From positions 864,001 through 928,000 of the forward strand of contig CBDIID010000003.1 of the NCBI GenBank assembly GCA_965279515.1: a stretch of 64,000 nt of DNA, in the 5' to 3' direction. Each line of letters begins with the position of its first letter. Position 1 is the first letter of the stretch. Position numbers and translations under genes: made by a program. This stretch comes from Turneriella sp. (GTDB taxonomy: Bacteria; Spirochaetota; Leptospiria; Turneriellales; Turneriellaceae). The notes under the pieces were generated by a model. That model had not been told where the DNA came from. It worked only from the letters and a program-made list of their open reading frames with translations, and did no database searches. Shown here piece by piece: positions 60,901 through 64,000 of this stretch.

Positions 60901-62961
60901 ATTTCCGGTCCCGACTGTAACAGTACAGGAGACAACCGCCGCCGCAGGTGCCCCAGGCGGTGTTACAACTAATTGAACTACACCGGCAGCGATCTGTATC
61001 GCAGATGTTGCCCCTGTTGGGCAATTTGCACCGGTCAAGGCAAAATCACCCGCCGCAATTGTGGCGTTGTTTAATGGCTCATTAAAAATGACAATTACCG
61101 TCGTTGGTGATGTCGAAGTCGCACTTGTCACCTGCGGCGCCACTGTGGCGCTTGGTCCGGTAAATGCGCCGCCATTGGGTACGGTGCCGAGTGTAGGATT
61201 TCCGGAAGCATCGGTGCTGCCGGTGGGGTTGTTAACACCGATCGTATGCGTGGTTCCATCCGTTAATACGGGCGCGATAGTGAGTTTTACATAGATAGAG
61301 CGATCGTTAGCATCGGGAAGATGCAGCGCCGCGGAAGAACCGGGCGACCACGGTGCCTGATCGAGCGCCGTACCATCCAGCGAATAATCCGCCGCATTGA
61401 CAGTACCTGAGCCGCCAATGGGTTCAGACCACTGCACCATTACGGTACCGCTATCGATAGCATAGATGGCAACAATGTAGGGTTTGCCATCGCCGTTGAA
61501 AGTGGTAGAGCCGCTGCTAAGCGTATTCGCAGGCGTTGCATTATCCTGAATACCACCTGAAGTGCTGGTGATCGAAACACTATAGGGAGTTGAACTCTGG
61601 TCATCTGTCGTAAGCGTGCAGACATTAACGCTGCAACTGACATTCGTGATATTGAGCGCGGGCGAAAAATTAAAATCGCCGGTGGTGACGCCGGTGACCG
61701 GCTCCGAAAAAGTTACCACTACAGTATTCGAGTTCGTCGTTGTCACTCCGACAACAGCGGGTGGCGTTGTGTCGGTTGCATTTGAGTTGTTGTAAGATAA
61801 TACACCCGTATTCCCAGCAGTCGTGAGGCGAGCACCAGCGGCGCTGCACACAAGGCCCGCCGTCGTATCGCAGGTGGTGCCGCCGGGTATTGTCACAGTG
61901 AGATGGCAGGAACCATTACCCGTGCTCGTGACTCCCGTAAAGAGAACAGATCTTGTGCCAACCACGGTACCCACGCTATTGAGATTCACAGAACCAGCCG
62001 TACTACATTGGTTGATCGTATAATTTGCGTTGTTCGTCAGCGCGGTACCGGCAATGCCTGTGGTATCCATATCTTCGCTGTATGTGACTAAAACGGTCGA
62101 AGGCGATGTCGATGTCACACTGGCAACACGCGGTGTCGGTGCGGTAAACAGGAAAGCCGATGATGCTATCACCCCGCCATTATTGATGATTGTCGTTTTG
62201 GAATTACCCCAGACATCGCGTACATCGGTCGTCGCACAAACATAATATGTGCCACCTGGAACTAAACCGGTCGGCGCTGTAAGCGTTACTTTTGCAAAGT
62301 TAGCTGCGTCTCTCACGGCCGAGGTCACATTCACATTCGTTCCGGTACAATTGGCGTTTGTGTAGATGTCGAAAAAGCTTCCGAATGTGGCGTTACTATA
62401 CACCACACCGGTGGCGGGATTCGTCTGCGAAATCGCTTCATTAAAATATACTTCAACCGTGGTGCTGGTCAACGCTGCCGCTGAACCAAACTCTGGAGCT
62501 GTCTGATCCGCATTGGTCGGCGCAGTAAACGTGGCCCTCGCATTGCCCAATGCTGCCCCGTCCACGAAGGTAATCCCCGAAACTGTCGCAGTGTATTGAG
62601 TTCCGGCCGCCTGCGGGATGGTATCTACAAAGATGATATTCGAATTATTCGGGTCGCGGGATACAGCGAGAATATTCAACAAATTGCCGTTAGCGGCTGT
62701 AATGCGATAGTTGGCTACGTTTTGTCCGGAAGCAAGGGTAACCGGTTTCGAGAAAGTCAGCATTACCCGGGTATTGGTGAGTGGCGTCGCTGCAATCAGC
62801 GAGCCCGATACGGCGGGGTTCGCCGGCGGCTGTCCGTTCTGGCTTCCAAAGACCAGATCAAACGGCTGAAAAAAGGTACTGTAGGTTTTACCAGAACAGT
62901 TCATGGCAAAAACCGAAATCCCCACAACAAAGGCCAATTTCGCACCGCTTAGATATCGCAT
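51898..62961 (-). CDS. Giant Ig-like repeat lipoprotein (~3,690 aa) with Lig-like C-terminal domain
   Basis: FAMNC lipobox; many T(F/Y)SE...D..GN bacterial Ig-like units; C-terminal YLYIGFDN..G..VWR motif; start placed at ATG 62961. Confidence 0.88.
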   Translation of the reverse strand: MRYLSGAKLAFVVGISVFAMNCSGKTYSTFFQPFDLVFGSQNGQPPANPAVSGSLIAATPLTNTRVMLTFSKPVTLASGQNVANYRITAANGNLLNILAVSRDPNNSNIIFVDTIPQAAGTQYTATVSGITFVDGAALGNARATFTAPTNADQTAPEFGSAAALTSTTVEVYFNEAISQTNPATGVVYSNATFGSFFDIYTNANCTGTNVNVTSAVRDAANFAKVTLTAPTGLVPGGTYYVCATTDVRDVWGNSKTTIINNGGVIASSAFLFTAPTPRVASVTSTSPSTVLVTYSEDMDTTGIAGTALTNNANYTINQCSTAGSVNLNSVGTVVGTRSVLFTGVTSTGNGSCHLTVTIPGGTTCDTTAGLVCSAAGARLTTAGNTGVLSYNNSNATDTTPPAVVGVTTTNSNTVVVTFSEPVTGVTTGDFNFSPALNITNVSCSVNVCTLTTDDQSSTPYSVSITSTSGGIQDNATPANTLSSGSTTFNGDGKPYIVAIYAIDSGTVMVQWSEPIGGSGTVNAADYSLDGTALDQAPWSPGSSAALHLPDANDRSIYVKLTIAPVLTDGTTHTIGVNNPTGSTDASGNPTLGTVPNGGAFTGPSATVAPQVTSATSTSPTTVIVIFNEPLNNATIAAGDFALTGANCPTGATSAIQIAAGVVQLVVTPPGAPAAAVVSCTVTVGTGNVADLAGNTIGATNNNALYDYSGTNVATPDTTAPTVASVVAFSNTEVRVYFSEIVTSGSGQNLANYSFSPALSGGINNISCSGTVCTITLNAPGTSAVQYALTVSGVQDAVPNTMATQTVNFSGIGSSATAPTLFLATLINSTTVELSFSEAMNLGTAQTASNYLVTGGNTVSSAVIQTDTTKVRLTITPGAYGSSNSYTVTATGVTDAAGNTIGTPNTATFSGSGTAPSTASLATVSDTGTVGDNITGVNLTSPGLQFTGNTTPNTTVILYHSPGVSFTDAGDLVTLTSHGLANGTAVSFTTINSTTGIATNTTYYVINATANTFQLSTTPGGAVAPLTTDGTGILNTPIPYATAVSGPTGTYTVTVPSTATISQGTNQFNIATVGSTGLVSDLSQTFSINYDSTNPIQPTSLTLVTASDTGISNSDRITNGASLQFSVNCEAGATVVLRNGATDISSPVGGATCPIGGNVTLTTTALAGSGQTGTAYPSINVIQTDVAGNVSTASANLSVTVDSTAPGLTSSNLASNTTLTLNLNENAYNVSGGALTAAAFSLSFAANAGTATGASITGITHTAGSNTVTLTISVTGTVAGTETITVDTVANSVYDNAGNASTFSTGAKTLSAIGIANITNTPTYVAIAPVSGGTTGYIDLVWSEGVYTNAGATGSLVASDFSVAFVQNSGNSTNAIISCVTTAPSTVCPGTAPAGGATAMRLIVTGTGVTSGVETIQVTAATGEIHSGTNGITPNTVGTSVLTFPDRLAPTITSVNSSTADGNYKAGDVISIQVNFSENVTVTGTPQLTLETGATDAVVNYASGSGTSTLTFTYTVASPHTSTDLNANSLALNSGTINDAASNAANLTLSGTTLAANKNLVVDTTAPTITSLNSSTANGSYKAGDAISIQVNFSENVTVTGTPQLTLETGATDAVVNYVSGSGTNSLTFTYTVASPHTSSDLDANSLALSGGTINDAAGNAAALALAGTSLATNKNLVVDTTLPTITSVNSSTANGSYKAGDVISIQVNFSENVTVTGTPQLILETGATDAVVNYVSGSGTGSLTFTYTVASPHTSSDLDANSLGLNGGTINDAAGNAATLTLAGTTLATNKNLVVDTTVPTITSVNSSTANGTYKIGDIISIQVNFSENVTVTGTPQLTLETGATDAVVNYASGSGTSSLTFTYTIASPHVSADLDANSLALNGGTINDGAANAATLTLAGTTLATNKNLVVDGVAPTITSVNSSTADGSYKTGDVISIQVNFSENVTVTGTPQLTLETGATDAVVNYASGSGTSTLTFTYTIASPHTSTDLDANSLGLNGGTINDAAGNAATLTLAGTSLATNKNIVVDTTVPSAPASIALDAADDTGTSNSDGVTKNTTNLTFTGTSEANATVRLYYPNTAGTLIGTTTANGSGNWTLDNISLAENTYSIVATATDAANNVSAASSAYSLNIDTTAPTNQNTVYASSSSRTSGGAQAIVSSGTASNQVWFAPSGTTTFAAGATMTQAGSGTATTINAPTTAGSYKLFVIDLAGNISSESTATLTVDNTAPSGYTVVIDQSYINNANKAAVSFTFTGAEVGATYNYTISSSGGGTNVTGSATVSSAGQQITGINTTGLGDGTLTLSVTLTDPAGNVGTAATNNKTKDVVAPVISATSPASSAGVTSSAANVTFSEDCASATIVWQSTGGTGHPNGPHTRTLTGSELNAGAHSNVAFGSNPLTGGGIYTVTWSCTDAAGNAATAVNATSVTYSSGPPAITSAVALDTNYNGKIDTYQVTFNKNIQDNTFPGYSANALGTVTTQWLVAGYSNVRLIHGTSVTFATDTGDDSVIYVRFDENVLSCNASTQTGCDTDAKPDLTTTATPGVTDGVQSLAQVNVGTVTEADNAAPVVVRALSLGASSLDVTFSEPITATQANVAGNYTLTGGVTVSNAARDATNFRIVHLTTSAQTGGASYTLTVNTTLRDLVNINLITNTNPTTSLPANQAQFNGVVDPVVVSIVTTSATTLTITFNESVKATTAECANQTACAVIYQNLSLPVLSAVSTGGAGVNSATYTLTVNPMIEGQAYTTTVLATKIEGVAAPAGRYVSSPNNAATFNGDGRPALTISTDTATECPTPTNLPPSIAARRRIVVQYDQTVGASATTAANYTVSTSPNGGCITGPCTAGLGQAASNVYSMGGNKYAVDWGTAFTQTTGTDNVYRLSVANVQDANGNAVATPTNVSFQCGVEATPPSLVSVTVVSSTSAAIVVLATFSEGVDNVTANTATNYRYDAQAYGFNVSSAARQANQAQVLITFAPGTALANGGHQLRVINVKDQVTPTGNAIADDGVGNVQPFLVNTPTGFSGGPIFDDPFGDGTPAGQIVRYNNKLLLGWDNCSSRLFEMNNGLTTAQTIAIDVDGNNTTPYTQLSGYTTHPTCTGTNNGWASTGGANATDGGSGAIAGIDAIAAACGKTATSTGNWKPSLTGAACTAENGIEYLLMGGYKATAPGFYKSYFTTTETSDTTTHFTFNHRVHTSNTTHTYRSMTMVMFTDWLYIASPHQGQNAPQVARICMNSNGCNDGAARTQWTAVIAGGGGATNFYPMIGKGGANSTGSSPNSGFEGTAGNTVSIDVMHEYDNDGGSANVPQLYMANGGRFGGTIGFGTGTTRLNRANGANALGTDGGIIRSRLARSTAAAPPGCHALNHGTATNAANCLSVAFENITPTSANWLDYMSIPLPFRSDANVDWGDMLPSNRIIPAIKAVPYMRTAPNGDLYMIRNACATHMMQTKCSATTNTPCSASAAGDAALNTRVNNNFNNTFSTTGDGRKQVCPPGYEVPQLWVLPAKGAAGTNGGGDGGNNDSDDWKLVASSSFTPVSYQSAPYNIAGAPASLPQRVSTTLRGNTATCVNAGTNRCERNAHLTLLEFVGNYLYIGFDNQDHGANVWRVDMAGGTCTGAASCMTSGNVPAETSFQIVNSVLGLDGSSVNQRIFSHVTVTDGGNDWLILVTRDGSNAMKIYRTANGQN
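56866..58620 (-). repeat. Five tandem 351-bp (117-aa) intragenic Ig-like repeats
   Basis: PTITSVNSSTAxGxYK.GD.ISIQVNFSENVTVTGTPQL.LETGATDAVVNY repeated with an exact 351-bp period. Confidence 0.92.
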
Positions 62962-63151
62962 ACGTTTTGCGACGAAAAAACGGCCGATTTTACGACAAAA
63001 ACTTCCCGGGGTTAAACCAACCCGTTCAACAAAAAAAAGAAAACGGATGGGACATAAAATTACCGCCTGAAAAGCCTCGCTTGCCGCACGCGGCGGTACG
63101 GAATGCCCCACGAATCTGCGATCGCGAGGTACCGGTAATCTTACAAAATAT

Positions 63152-64000
63152 CTACTCTGTCAGAACACGCACTTCGACGCGACGGTTCTTCGCAGCGCCT
63201 TCGGTTGTTTTGCCATCGGCAATCGGCTTCGAACCACCATAACCTTCGGAGGTCAGACGGTTCTCGTCAATGCCCTTCTTGATGATGAACTTGCGCACGG
63301 CTTCAGCGCGCTTTTTCGACAGGTTACGCGAGTTATCGTCGTCGGCACCTGCGGCAGCGGTATGCCCGCCAATTTCAATTTTTACCTCGGGGTTGCCTTG
63401 CAAAAACTTGATGAGCTCGAGGATGGCTTTTTCTGCGGCCTTGTTGATCAGCTGATCAGAATCGGGTTTGAAGTTCACGCCCTCAAGACTGTAGATAAGA
63501 GCGGCGAGGATGAAATCCTGATCGCGGGTCTTTTTATCATTCGAGGTCAGCGGCAGATCGACTTTCGACTTAACATAACCGTCTTTGCGCGCTTCGATGA
63601 CGTAGTCGAGACCCGGATCGAGCTCGAGCGAATACTTGCCCTTCTCATCGGCGGTGGCTTCTTTTTGGATGCTAGTCGATCCTTTCAGGAAGACGACGAT
63701 CTGCGAACCGGGCAATGCGTCACCGTCGGGTTCTTTTACGGTACCTTTCAGGTTCAACACCACACTCTTGGCCCCGAGATAGTTGATGGGCAGCGTCTTC
63801 GCTTCACCCGTCGCCATGCCGTAATGCCACGCAACACCACCATTAATGATAAAATAGGCACCTGTTATATCCTGCGCGTGCATCATATAACCGCCGTCGA
63901 CAAGGAAGGCAACCGGCCAATTTGTCGGGCGTATCTCGATACCTGCGGCGGCCATGAAGCCATTACCAATATAACTGCCGGAACGTGCGCTCTCCGCACC
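63152..64000 (-). CDS. OmpA family protein with carboxypeptidase-regulatory-like domain (5' end beyond window)
   Basis: IEIGGHT, LSKKRAEAV, GYGGSKP, KNRRVE; frame stays open to the window edge. Confidence 0.9.
   Translation of the reverse strand, partial: GAESARSGSYIGNGFMAAAGIEIRPTNWPVAFLVDGGYMMHAQDITGAYFIINGGVAWHYGMATGEAKTLPINYLGAKSVVLNLKGTVKEPDGDALPGSQIVVFLKGSTSIQKEATADEKGKYSLELDPGLDYVIEARKDGYVKSKVDLPLTSNDKKTRDQDFILAALIYSLEGVNFKPDSDQLINKAAEKAILELIKFLQGNPEVKIEIGGHTAAAGADDDNSRNLSKKRAEAVRKFIIKKGIDENRLTSEGYGGSKPIADGKTTEGAAKNRRVEVRVLTE

Overview
64-kb chromosomal window from a roughly mid-GC spirochaete. Lipoboxes, Leptospira-type hypothetical families and a Lig-like giant lipoprotein suggest Leptospiraceae, Turneriella-like; this is inference. 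The core is the tRNA(Ser,Ser,Thr,Trp)-secE-nusG-rplKAJL-rpoBC-rpsLG-fusA cluster, plus lepA, purD, nadA, prpB, tmRNA, tRNA-Phe and hsp20. Most interesting signals: (1) a 20-bp palindromic operator, ATTTCG-nnAnnTnn-CGAAAT, found four times: before an ArsR-family gene, before pstSCAB-phoU, before a CBS/SpoIIE phosphatase + PlcP-like operon and before a GT4 glycosyltransferase. This is a candidate ArsR-controlled phosphate-starvation and lipid-remodelling regulon. (2) A ~3,690-aa Ig-repeat lipoprotein with a LigB/LigC-like C-terminal domain, coupled to a degenerate superoxide-reductase-like lipoprotein. (3) A dispersed family of covarying GGA-loop (CsrA-site-like) hairpins. (4) Two paralogous RHH-like genes sharing a conserved upstream motif. 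(5) A perfect 20-bp antisense hairpin against the 5' end of tRNA-Thr. (6) CACGG/CCGTG REP-like elements. No CRISPR, integrase or transposase was seen.
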